A DNA stretch of 64,000 bases from assembly GCA_040384565.1 (NCBI GenBank), contig JAZKJC010000005.1, positions 12,796-76,795 of the forward strand, given 5' to 3'. Below the pieces are notes generated by a model. The model searched no databases. It worked only from the letters and a program-made list of their open reading frames with translations, and had not been told where the DNA came from. Source of the DNA: Patescibacteria group bacterium (GTDB taxonomy: Bacteria; Patescibacteriota; Saccharimonadia; Saccharimonadales; JAZKJC01). The position numbers were made by a program, and so were the translations under genes. This document shows positions 26,659-35,236 of this stretch, piece by piece; position 1 is the stretch's first letter, and the number at the start of each line of letters is the position of its first letter.

Positions 26659-27279
26659 ATGGACATACTGGGCTTAATACTTATTCTAGGCACTATACTG
26701 GCGGCGACGCTGGCTTTTGTGTATTTGGCTTTTCAGCTGCAAAAGGGTGGTGGCAAAGGTAAGGGTAAAGGCGATCCATTTACAGATCTTGCCGAAAAAG
26801 ACGTTGAGCATATCTTTAATGATGAATTCCGCGAGGAGCTGCGTAACCGTGGGCGTCTGCATTTTGAGAAAATTATTGGCGAAAATTCAATGTTCTTGCA
26901 GCAAGATTTGCGGCTGACGACATCACAGCTTAACGAATACATGAAGAGCGAAATTACCAAGAAACTACAAGAGGAATTTGCCAAATACGAACAATCCATC
27001 ACCGACGCCAAAGAGTTAGCGATTGAATCAATCACAAAGACGCAGGAAGCTATTGAGCAACAGAGGCAGATGATGTCCCAACAGCTTACCCAAGAAATTG
27101 CCGCAGAAAAAACCCGCTTACTAAAGCGCTTTGAAGACAATATGGCAGATATTGTGAATCACTACGTACTGGCTGCGATTGGAAATCAAATTGATTTGAA
27201 TGACCAGCTGGAATATATCCTGAGTGAACTTAATGAAAATAAAAAAGAAATCCTAGAGGATATTACTCATGGCGGATGA
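26659..27279 (+). CDS. atpF: ATP synthase b-like stator subunit
   Basis: A single N-terminal TM helix is followed by a long charged coiled coil. The position before atpH-atpA is as in F-type operons. Confidence 0.6.
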   Translation: MDILGLILILGTILAATLAFVYLAFQLQKGGGKGKGKGDPFTDLAEKDVEHIFNDEFREELRNRGRLHFEKIIGENSMFLQQDLRLTTSQLNEYMKSEITKKLQEEFAKYEQSITDAKELAIESITKTQEAIEQQRQMMSQQLTQEIAAEKTRLLKRFEDNMADIVNHYVLAAIGNQIDLNDQLEYILSELNENKKEILEDITHGG

Positions 27280-27826
27280 ACAAACCCGTTCCGTGCAGCT
27301 TCAATTGCCAATTGGCTTAGTGACACGCATGGATGCTGGCCGGCTAGCAGGTGAGGCCGAAGCAGTTGATAATTTCCTGCGTCAAGCTGCTATCAGGGCT
27401 CCTGGCACCAGCGTGCAGTTACCCAAAACTAGCCGCTTATTTGATGAAATGGTCTCAATAAATAATTTGAATATGCTCCAAGAGCTTGACCGGCAAAGGC
27501 TAACTCAGTTCTTGCAGGCTGTCAGGACTACAGCTCCGATTCTACATATCAGCTTTAACGTGGACCCTTCACCGATTTTTCAGCAGCGTCTAACTACTTG
27601 GATTCGCCAACAAATGCATCCGTTTATACTGTTGCAAATAGGTCTTCATCCAAATATTGGGGCGGGTTGCGTAGTTAGGGCTACCAATAAATATTATGAT
27701 TTTAGCTTACGGCAACGATTTAAGGACCAAAAGATGCTGCTGATTTCAAAATTGACAGGCGCGGATGAGCTGGCTAAAACTCCTGTAGCGGCATCCTTAC
27801 CGGCGACGGAGACTCCAGCCAAATGA
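27269..27826 (+). CDS. atpH: ATP synthase delta (OSCP)-like subunit, divergent
   Basis: The C-terminal pattern NVDPSPIF...[22 protein letters not shown] matches the delta C-terminus. The operon position fits and the N-terminus is atypical. Confidence 0.6.
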   Translation: MADEQTRSVQLQLPIGLVTRMDAGRLAGEAEAVDNFLRQAAIRAPGTSVQLPKTSRLFDEMVSINNLNMLQELDRQRLTQFLQAVRTTAPILHISFNVDPSPIFQQRLTTWIRQQMHPFILLQIGLHPNIGAGCVVRATNKYYDFSLRQRFKDQKMLLISKLTGADELAKTPVAASLPATETPAK

Positions 27827-29346
27827 ATTCGGGCAACCAACACTTTGACAAACTAGTAGCTGCGGGCAACCCTGTTGGCGAAGTTGTAGCCGTAGATAAA
27901 TTCTTGCTGCGTGTAAGTGGGCTACAGCCCTGTAATGTTCATGCGCTAGTAATGTTTGAAGACGGTAGCAAGGGCTTTGTTCATCAAGTCAACGCCGATC
28001 ATGTAGTTGTGCTCCACCTGGGCAGCATAACTCTCCGCACCGGCATAGTCGCGGTCATCCAGCACCAAGAGCTTGTTTGTAAAGTTGGCAAAGATTTTAT
28101 TGGACGGGTTGTATCTGTCATGGGTGAGCCGCTTGACGGCAAAGGCCCTATCGCCGCGGACGCGATTTGGCCGGTATTTAATACGGCTCCACCACTCTAT
28201 ACCCGTAAACTGTTAGATACGCAGCTAGAGAGTGGCGTTACGGCTATAGACGCTTTATTCCCGGTCTTGCGCGGCCAACGTATGGCCCTGCTGGGTGATG
28301 GCAAGTCCGGCAAAAGCACGCTCGTAACCCAGCTGACCATTAACCAAAAAAACACTGATCAAATTGTTGTTTACGTACTAATTGCTAAACGTCGAAGCGA
28401 TATTGACACCTTGCTCACCAGTCTTCAGAAAAACGGAGGCATTGAAAAAGCTATCGTGGTGGTAAGTACCATGTTTGAATCGCTTATTATGAGCTATATT
28501 GCCCCTTACGTAGGTGTAGCCTTGGCGGAGTACTTATGGCAGCAGTTAGCCCAGGACACCATAATTATCTATGATGACCTCACTAGCCATGCCCATGCCT
28601 ACCGCGAAGTCGCCCTGATGTCAGGCGTTAGCCCTGGAAGAGACTCTTATCCGGGCGACATGTTCTACGCACATTCATCGCTTCTGGAAAGAGCAGGACG
28701 ACTGGACAGTAATGGCGCACACCTCACTAGTTTGCCACTGGTAAACGCGGCGGGTGGTGACATTACTGCTTATTTGCCAACTAATATCATGTCTATTACT
28801 GACGGCCAATGGATTTTGGATATGGATATTTTCCGCAATGGTATTCGCCCTGCCATTAATATTGGGCTTAGTGTTACGCGTGTTGGTGGAGTTGGCCACA
28901 ACAAGCGTCAAAAAGCATTGGCGGCTCAAACACTCAAAATGCTTGCTGATTACCGTCAGGCTGAAGAATTCTCCCACTTTGGCTCAGAACTTGCGTTGGA
29001 AGCTAAAAAAGCTTTGCAAACGGGTAAATATATTTTCGAGATGCTTACCCAAAGCCCATCAGATACATATTCACTAATAGCCCAACAGCTAATGCTTGAT
29101 ATTATTTTAAATATGGGTGACGGCGAAACTCTCGATATATCAGCCATGAAGCTCAATATCGTAGAATATGCCGCCAAGGTAACTGGTGATGATAATTACG
29201 AAAATATCAGAACCGAACTAAAATCTAAATCAGTAGTAGAGCTTAAAGGTGCCCCAAGCAAACCAACAACAGAGCTTGCAAAACCTGAAGAGCCACTAAC
29301 TAAATCCGAAGAAAAAGCCAAGAAGAAAGAAGAGGCTAAGAAATGA
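27823..29346 (+). CDS. atpA: ATP synthase F1 alpha subunit, divergent with Lys/Glu-rich C-terminal tail
   Basis: Walker [31 protein letters not shown] and ITDGQ motifs. Confidence 0.85.
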   Translation: MNSGNQHFDKLVAAGNPVGEVVAVDKFLLRVSGLQPCNVHALVMFEDGSKGFVHQVNADHVVVLHLGSITLRTGIVAVIQHQELVCKVGKDFIGRVVSVMGEPLDGKGPIAADAIWPVFNTAPPLYTRKLLDTQLESGVTAIDALFPVLRGQRMALLGDGKSGKSTLVTQLTINQKNTDQIVVYVLIAKRRSDIDTLLTSLQKNGGIEKAIVVVSTMFESLIMSYIAPYVGVALAEYLWQQLAQDTIIIYDDLTSHAHAYREVALMSGVSPGRDSYPGDMFYAHSSLLERAGRLDSNGAHLTSLPLVNAAGGDITAYLPTNIMSITDGQWILDMDIFRNGIRPAINIGLSVTRVGGVGHNKRQKALAAQTLKMLADYRQAEEFSHFGSELALEAKKALQTGKYIFEMLTQSPSDTYSLIAQQLMLDIILNMGDGETLDISAMKLNIVEYAAKVTGDDNYENIRTELKSKSVVELKGAPSKPTTELAKPEEPLTKSEEKAKKKEEAKK

Positions 29347-29353
29347 GCAAATT

Positions 29354-29418
29354 AGCTTACAGCTTACAGCTTACAGCTTACAGAGAAGAACTGTCTACCG
29401 TCTACTGTTTACTGTATG
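29354..29418. repeat. tandem heptamer arrays (AGCTTAC x4 perfect, then CYGTNTA x4)
   Basis: agcttac x4 at 29354-29381, followed by ctgtcta ccgtcta ctgttta ctgtatg at 29391-29418. Both lie in the atpA-atpG spacer. Confidence 0.85.
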
Positions 29419-29440
29419 CTTGCAGATCGGAGATCTGCCT

Positions 29441-30304
29441 ATGAAGCGGCCATCAGAAATAGAACGCGAAGAAATGGCTATGGGCACATTAGCCGAGTTA
29501 ACTAATGTGTTTGAGGGTATAGCCAGTATGCGCATAGCTCAGATTAAAAACCAAGTTTTGCAGGCGACACTCTTTTTCAACGAGCTCTGGGGTATTTACT
29601 CCCAATTAAAGGTAAGCGCTATTTTTGGCTTTGGACGTAATAATGCGGAGGTCGAGGTAAGTGATAAAGAACTTTATATTATTATCACAGCTGAGGGTGG
29701 CTTTAGTGGGGACATTGACCAAAAACTCATAACGCTTATGCTTAAAACATATGATCCCGCCAAAAACGAGATTATAGTAATTGGCCATCATGGAGCAATC
29801 CAGCTGGCACAGCGAAGCATCGCATATAAAAAGTACTTTAAATTGCCTACCAAGGATCAAAATATTAATGTATTGCCAATCATACGCGAAGTCCAACAGT
29901 ATAAGAACACTAGCGTGTTCTATCAGGAATATATCTCACTGATGGTTCAAGACGTAAAACGTATCGAACTTTCTAAGGCCGTTCAGCAAAAAGGCCAGCA
30001 GACAGAGGAGACCGATGATATCATAAGCGAAGCAAACTATATTTTTGAGCCAAGCACATATGACGTCGTTGACCACCTTGAGAGGTCTATGATGAATATT
30101 GCTATGAGCCAGTTGATTCTGGATTCAAAGCTGGCTCAATATGCTTCAAGATTTCGGGCCATGAGTGCCTCTAACCAAAGAGCCAACGAAGCCAAAACTG
30201 ACCTTCACCTAGACTATAATCGTGCCAGGAGGGCAATTAAAGACGAACGTTTGAAAGAAATCATCAACAGTATCAAAAAAAGCAGAGCGAGCGCATCAGT
30301 ATGA
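29441..30304 (+). CDS. atpG: ATP synthase F1 gamma subunit
   Basis: N-terminal ...GIASMRIAQ and C-terminal ASNQRANEAKTDLHLDYNRARRAIKDERLKEII fit the gamma pattern. ATG 29441 is preferred within listed ORF 29420..30304. Confidence 0.8.
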   Translation: MKRPSEIEREEMAMGTLAELTNVFEGIASMRIAQIKNQVLQATLFFNELWGIYSQLKVSAIFGFGRNNAEVEVSDKELYIIITAEGGFSGDIDQKLITLMLKTYDPAKNEIIVIGHHGAIQLAQRSIAYKKYFKLPTKDQNINVLPIIREVQQYKNTSVFYQEYISLMVQDVKRIELSKAVQQKGQQTEETDDIISEANYIFEPSTYDVVDHLERSMMNIAMSQLILDSKLAQYASRFRAMSASNQRANEAKTDLHLDYNRARRAIKDERLKEIINSIKKSRASASV

Positions 30305-30361
30305 AAAATAAATACAATTTCACATTTTCCAAACAAGTTTCAGGCCATCGTCTTATCTGGC

Positions 30362-31739
<1,378 letters not shown>

Positions 31740-31745
31740 CGAGAT

Positions 31746-31777
31746 ACGTAGAACGTATAACGTATAACGTAGTACGG
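31746..31777 (+). repeat. heptamer array ACGTAKA x4.5, 5' arm of an outer hairpin enclosing A2
   Basis: acgtaga acgtata acgtata acgtagt acgg. The segment cgtataacgtagtacgg pairs with cctactacgttatacg at 31958-31973. Confidence 0.75.
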
Positions 31778-31794
31778 TTGAAACCAAGCCGTTA

Positions 31795-31957
31795 TATACC
31801 CATGATAAGCCACTTTTCGGTTTTTAGGGTTAAAGTTTTATGAGTCAGAAGTTTTTGAAATTTTATCAGCGTACCGGTAGTACGGTTATTAAATTTCGGG
31901 AAGTTCTGGCTATAAAAGGCGAGTCTAAGAGCCGGAAAGTGGTTTATCATGGGTATA
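31795..31957 (+). repeat. Family-A long imperfect palindrome, copy A2
   Basis: TATACCCATGATAAGCCACTTTTCGG...CCGGAAAGTGGTTTATCATGGGTATA. The outer arms pair with 24 Watson-Crick pairs and 2 G:U (hand count). It lies between atpD and atpC. Confidence 0.85.
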
Positions 31958-31983
31958 CCTACTACGTTATACGTACTACGACC
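31958..31983 (+). repeat. 3' arm of the outer heptamer hairpin flanking A2
   Basis: cctactacgttatacgtactacgacc is complementary to the 31761-31777 array units. Confidence 0.7.
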
Positions 31984-31999
31984 ATTCGGGGCTCATGTT

Positions 32000-32305
32000 A
32001 TGGCTGATCCGGTAAAAGAACCATCATCAGATTCCAGACCATCTACGCCTACTGGTGATGGCAAGCACATGCATGTTAAGGTCTATGCGCCATTTAAGGT
32101 CTATTTTGATGGCCAGGCAGAAAGCATTTCAGCCGAAAACGATACCGGACCATTCGATATATTAGCCGGTCACCATAACTTCATGACGCTGCTGAGCGCC
32201 GGTGAAATAACGGTGCGTAATGAAGGCAAAGAAGAAAAGATAAAGATAAACCATGGCATAATGCACGTAAAAAAAGACGAAGTCGTGGTCTTTCTGGATG
32301 TCTAA
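32000..32305 (+). CDS. atpC: ATP synthase F1 epsilon subunit (beta-sandwich domain only)
   Basis: VKVYAPFKVYFDGQAESISAENDTGPFDILAGHHNFMTLLSAGEITV fits the epsilon N-domain. ATG 32000 is chosen because the longer ORF start lies inside repeat A2. Confidence 0.75.
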   Translation: MADPVKEPSSDSRPSTPTGDGKHMHVKVYAPFKVYFDGQAESISAENDTGPFDILAGHHNFMTLLSAGEITVRNEGKEEKIKINHGIMHVKKDEVVVFLDV

Positions 32306-32311
32306 CCAACG

Positions 32312-33289
32312 CTAGTCAATAACAATGTAGTCGAAGCTAAAGCTTCCTGAAGATAAAGCAGGACCGCTGAAGCATAGCTGAAAGTTGCCGGTTGTACGGT
32401 TAACGTAATAATTTATGTTGGCAGCACCGGCGCCAACCGGAGTGACAACCACATGGGGTACAGAATTAAACGCCTGAGTAAAGTTGGCGGTCACAAAGCA
32501 GCCACTACTCGGGCTACCACCACCAATATTAACCGTAATTGTACCTGCAGTGTCTGTGCCGCTTATACTGACAGTACCGCCTGAGCCGAGACCGTTTCCG
32601 TCAACTTTGCCTGGCGTGGTACCCCCGGCATCGATATGCCGGTTCAACTGCAAATCCCCGGTTAGCTGAAAGCTTTGCACTGTGATTTGTGGTGCGGAAA
32701 TGGGACCGCCAAAGCTACCACCACCGGTAACAGTTAGGCCTTTTTGCGCGGTTAGCTGCCCCTGTATATTAGTGTCTCCCGCAACTGTCAGCTTATTGGC
32801 CTGAACTATATCAAAACCACTTGTGCCGGAAACGGTAATACCCGGCAGGCTCAAAGGTCCTCCGACCTTAATACCGCCAGCTACATCTAGCGAGTCACGG
32901 ATTAGCACTTTGCCGCTAAAAATTGCGTTAGATTCAACTGAAAGTGTCTGCTTAGGATCCCCAACTGACACATCACTATTGTTTAGCTTTTTTAAATCCT
33001 CTGGTGATAAATCTTGGGTTGTAATGGTTGTTGGCGCGGCTTCTTTACGGTTACTCTGAATACTTATCAACGTAAAACCAATCGCCACGACAACGATTAA
33101 TATAAAAAGCAGAAGATAAATATTAAGACGGCCGATTAGTGAACGAACACGTCCGCCTGCGCTTTTAGATTTTTTCTTGGGTTCAGGGATGTTATTATTA
33201 GATGGATTGCTATCGCCACCAACAACAACACTAGTCTCCGGACTTTCCAGAGAGCTCAGCTCACTATTTTCGGCTGTTTGGTTTTCCAT
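32312..33289 (-). CDS. membrane-anchored Gly-rich beta-helix-like repeat protein
   Basis: Cytoplasmic N-tail, one TM helix (IYLLLFILIVVVAIGFTLISI), then repeated G-x-(V/I/L)-x-V/G strands (bactofilin/beta-helix-like periodicity). Confidence 0.6.
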   Translation of the reverse strand: MENQTAENSELSSLESPETSVVVGGDSNPSNNNIPEPKKKSKSAGGRVRSLIGRLNIYLLLFILIVVVAIGFTLISIQSNRKEAAPTTITTQDLSPEDLKKLNNSDVSVGDPKQTLSVESNAIFSGKVLIRDSLDVAGGIKVGGPLSLPGITVSGTSGFDIVQANKLTVAGDTNIQGQLTAQKGLTVTGGGSFGGPISAPQITVQSFQLTGDLQLNRHIDAGGTTPGKVDGNGLGSGGTVSISGTDTAGTITVNIGGGSPSSGCFVTANFTQAFNSVPHVVVTPVGAGAANINYYVNRTTGNFQLCFSGPALSSGSFSFDYIVID

Positions 33290-33470
33290 ATATCAATCTT
33301 ATGCTTATGCCTACTAATTAATCTTATAATACTATGATAGGCATTAAAAACATAAACACATTGTAAATATTTGCTTGTTCTGCCATAATTGGCAATGATA
33401 AAGCACATTTAATTTTGCAACCAGCTGCTAAAAAATCATCATGATAGATGAAAACAAAATGATTTCTAAA

Positions 33471-33639
33471 TTAATAGACTCCTTCCGGAATAAAAACCCC
33501 GATGAAAAAACGAGGATTTTTGTTCCAAAGTTTTCAATAATTCGTAAAGCGTATCTGGATACGGTTTACGAATTTTGGGAAGTTTGGGGTAAAAAGGACG
33601 TTTTTTGGCGGGGGAGTTATTCCGGAAGGAGTCTAATAT
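33471..33639 (+). repeat. Family-B long imperfect palindrome, copy B1
   Basis: The perfect 19-bp termini are tagactccttccggaataa / ttattccggaaggagtcta. The interior pairs with several U:G wobbles on the plus strand. Mirror-image ORFs on both strands are an artefact of the palindrome. Confidence 0.8.
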
Positions 33640-33695
33640 CTTGTAGTGATTATCCCCATCTGGGTAAGGCCACACGGGATTTTTAAAGAGTATAT

Positions 33696-34376
33696 ATGCC
33701 CCGCTATTACCGTGAAAGCACATATCACCGGCAAATCCGGTTTATACGAATAATCCGGCGTCTTGTTTTGGTAATAGTGACTATACTATTCGGAATAGGC
33801 GCTTTTATTTCTTACGATACATGGCGTGCATCTAAGCAGGCTAGTCGGCCCAGTGCAACTACCGCTCCATCTAAATCTACTTTTGTTTCGAGCTTGGAAA
33901 TATATCGAACGCAATATTTTCAGTTTCAAGCTAGCAAAACCTGGCGAGCAATTGCTAACGAATCGACGGCGACAAAGTTTATGTACCGTAAGTTCAACTC
34001 TAATCTGGTAGAAGCGCAGCTTGCTATATACGTCAATGAACCAGCAGATAAGAACATTGATGCCAATAGAGTCTTGCCAGTTACTTTCAGTCCTGCCAAT
34101 GATAAGCTCAATGCCTTATTTGTATCCGATCATTGTGGCAAGGATGCTAAAGAAAAAGGCTATAAAATGGTCAAACTTCAAGATGTGACTTTCCGTTGCC
34201 TAACAGACTCGGCTGATTACAGTCTGCTCATTGGTAAAGAGGGCGGCACTACTAAGCTGGAAATGGTTCGTGCTGACGGCACTCTAATAACTTATGTTAT
34301 TCATTTTCGTGATCTCAGAGCAATTGCGGATGCGCAGGATATTGAGGATATAGTTAACAGCTTCCAAGTACGCTGA
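33696..34376 (+). CDS. hypothetical membrane-anchored extracytoplasmic protein
   Basis: 226 aa with a basic N-terminus and one TM helix (LVLVIVTILFGIGAFISY). Confidence 0.55.
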   Translation: MPRYYRESTYHRQIRFIRIIRRLVLVIVTILFGIGAFISYDTWRASKQASRPSATTAPSKSTFVSSLEIYRTQYFQFQASKTWRAIANESTATKFMYRKFNSNLVEAQLAIYVNEPADKNIDANRVLPVTFSPANDKLNALFVSDHCGKDAKEKGYKMVKLQDVTFRCLTDSADYSLLIGKEGGTTKLEMVRADGTLITYVIHFRDLRAIADAQDIEDIVNSFQVR

Positions 34377-34390
34377 GCATTAAATGCTTA

Positions 34391-34399
34391 TGATATAAT
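34391..34399 (+). promoter_or_regulatory. extended -10 box TGaTATAAT, 11 nt before ATG 34411
   Basis: tgatataat is a perfect consensus. Confidence 0.45.
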
Positions 34400-34410
34400 A
34401 TCCTCATAGT

Positions 34411-35181
34411 ATGTTAGTAAGACAAATAAGAAAAATAATAATAGGTTTTGTGCTTGCGGTGTCCATGACTCAGCCCGTTTTTGCTCAATCTTCATCTCCA
34501 AGTTATAAAGTTGAAGAGACTTATTTTGGCAGCGGTGGCGCAGTAGACCTATCCTCTCCTGGCTACCAAGGACAAGCTGGTCTAGGCAGTTTAGGCGTTG
34601 GATCATCCTCAAGCGCTAACTATGATGCTGAAGCTGGATTCTACACTCCGAACCAGGTTTTTCTAGAATTTGTCGTGACTGGAGCTACAGTAGAACTCGG
34701 CGTACTATCCCCGTCCGCGCCATCATCAGGCGCTGCGCAGGCGGGTACCTGCAACTGCTCATTTTATGTCAGAAGCTATCTGTCATCTGCTTATATTGTT
34801 ACCACAATTAGCAATCCGCCAACCAGTGAAAGTGGCCATTCTTTTGCTGCCAAGGCAACGACTGGAGCGCCATCAACTGACTCGACAGTGGAGGAGTTTG
34901 GTATTAACGTAGTTGCTAACACCTCGCCAGTTCTAGGAGCAAATCCGTTCAACGATCCAAGTGGTATGTTTGCAGATGGCACAGCAGCCGCTGGGTACAA
35001 TGTAGCTAACCAATTCAAATATGGCATAGGAGATAATATCGCACGCTCCCCTGCAACCGTTGGTAATCAAGGAACCGGTAAGACTAACTTTACAATTTCC
35101 TACATTATAAAACCCAAAAATACAACCCCAGCAGGTACCTACCGTATGGATCATGTCCTGGTTGCGATACCGACATATTAA
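34411..35181 (+). CDS. secreted fimbrial-subunit-like protein (paralogue 1 of 3)
   Basis: Signal peptide ending VFA-QS. It shares with 37965 and 39290 the internal ...N-Q-(L/V)...(F/V)(C/V)VG...(L/F)G block and a C-terminal G-x-Y...aromatic end (AGTYRMDHVLVAIPTY). Confidence 0.6.
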   Translation: MLVRQIRKIIIGFVLAVSMTQPVFAQSSSPSYKVEETYFGSGGAVDLSSPGYQGQAGLGSLGVGSSSSANYDAEAGFYTPNQVFLEFVVTGATVELGVLSPSAPSSGAAQAGTCNCSFYVRSYLSSAYIVTTISNPPTSESGHSFAAKATTGAPSTDSTVEEFGINVVANTSPVLGANPFNDPSGMFADGTAAAGYNVANQFKYGIGDNIARSPATVGNQGTGKTNFTISYIIKPKNTTPAGTYRMDHVLVAIPTY

Positions 35182-35236
35182 AAAAATTCACGTAAAGATA
35201 TATTTTTGCTATGCTTAAAGCAAAATAAGGTATTTA

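Noticed and set aside
26487-26693. Listed minus-strand ORFs 26487..26693 and 26332..26529
   Set aside because: They cover the structured leader and the conserved hairpin upstream of atpF, as well as the 3' end of the c-like gene. No coding features are present.
29354-29418. Heptamer and other short tandem arrays considered as a CRISPR array
   Set aside because: The period is 7-9 nt with no unique spacers, the repeats are far too short, and no cas genes are present in the window.
31949-31999. Longer atpC start at 31949
   Set aside because: The first 17 codons lie inside repeat A2 and its flanking heptamer arm. ATG 32000 gives a normal epsilon N-terminus.
33441-33723. Listed ORFs 33441..33686 (+, 81 aa) and 33466..33723 (-, 85 aa)
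   Set aside because: They are mirror images of each other across the Family-B palindrome B1. Their similar peptides (e.g. RNKNPDEKTRIF vs FRNNSPAKKRPF) are a by-product of inverted-repeat symmetry, not evidence of coding.
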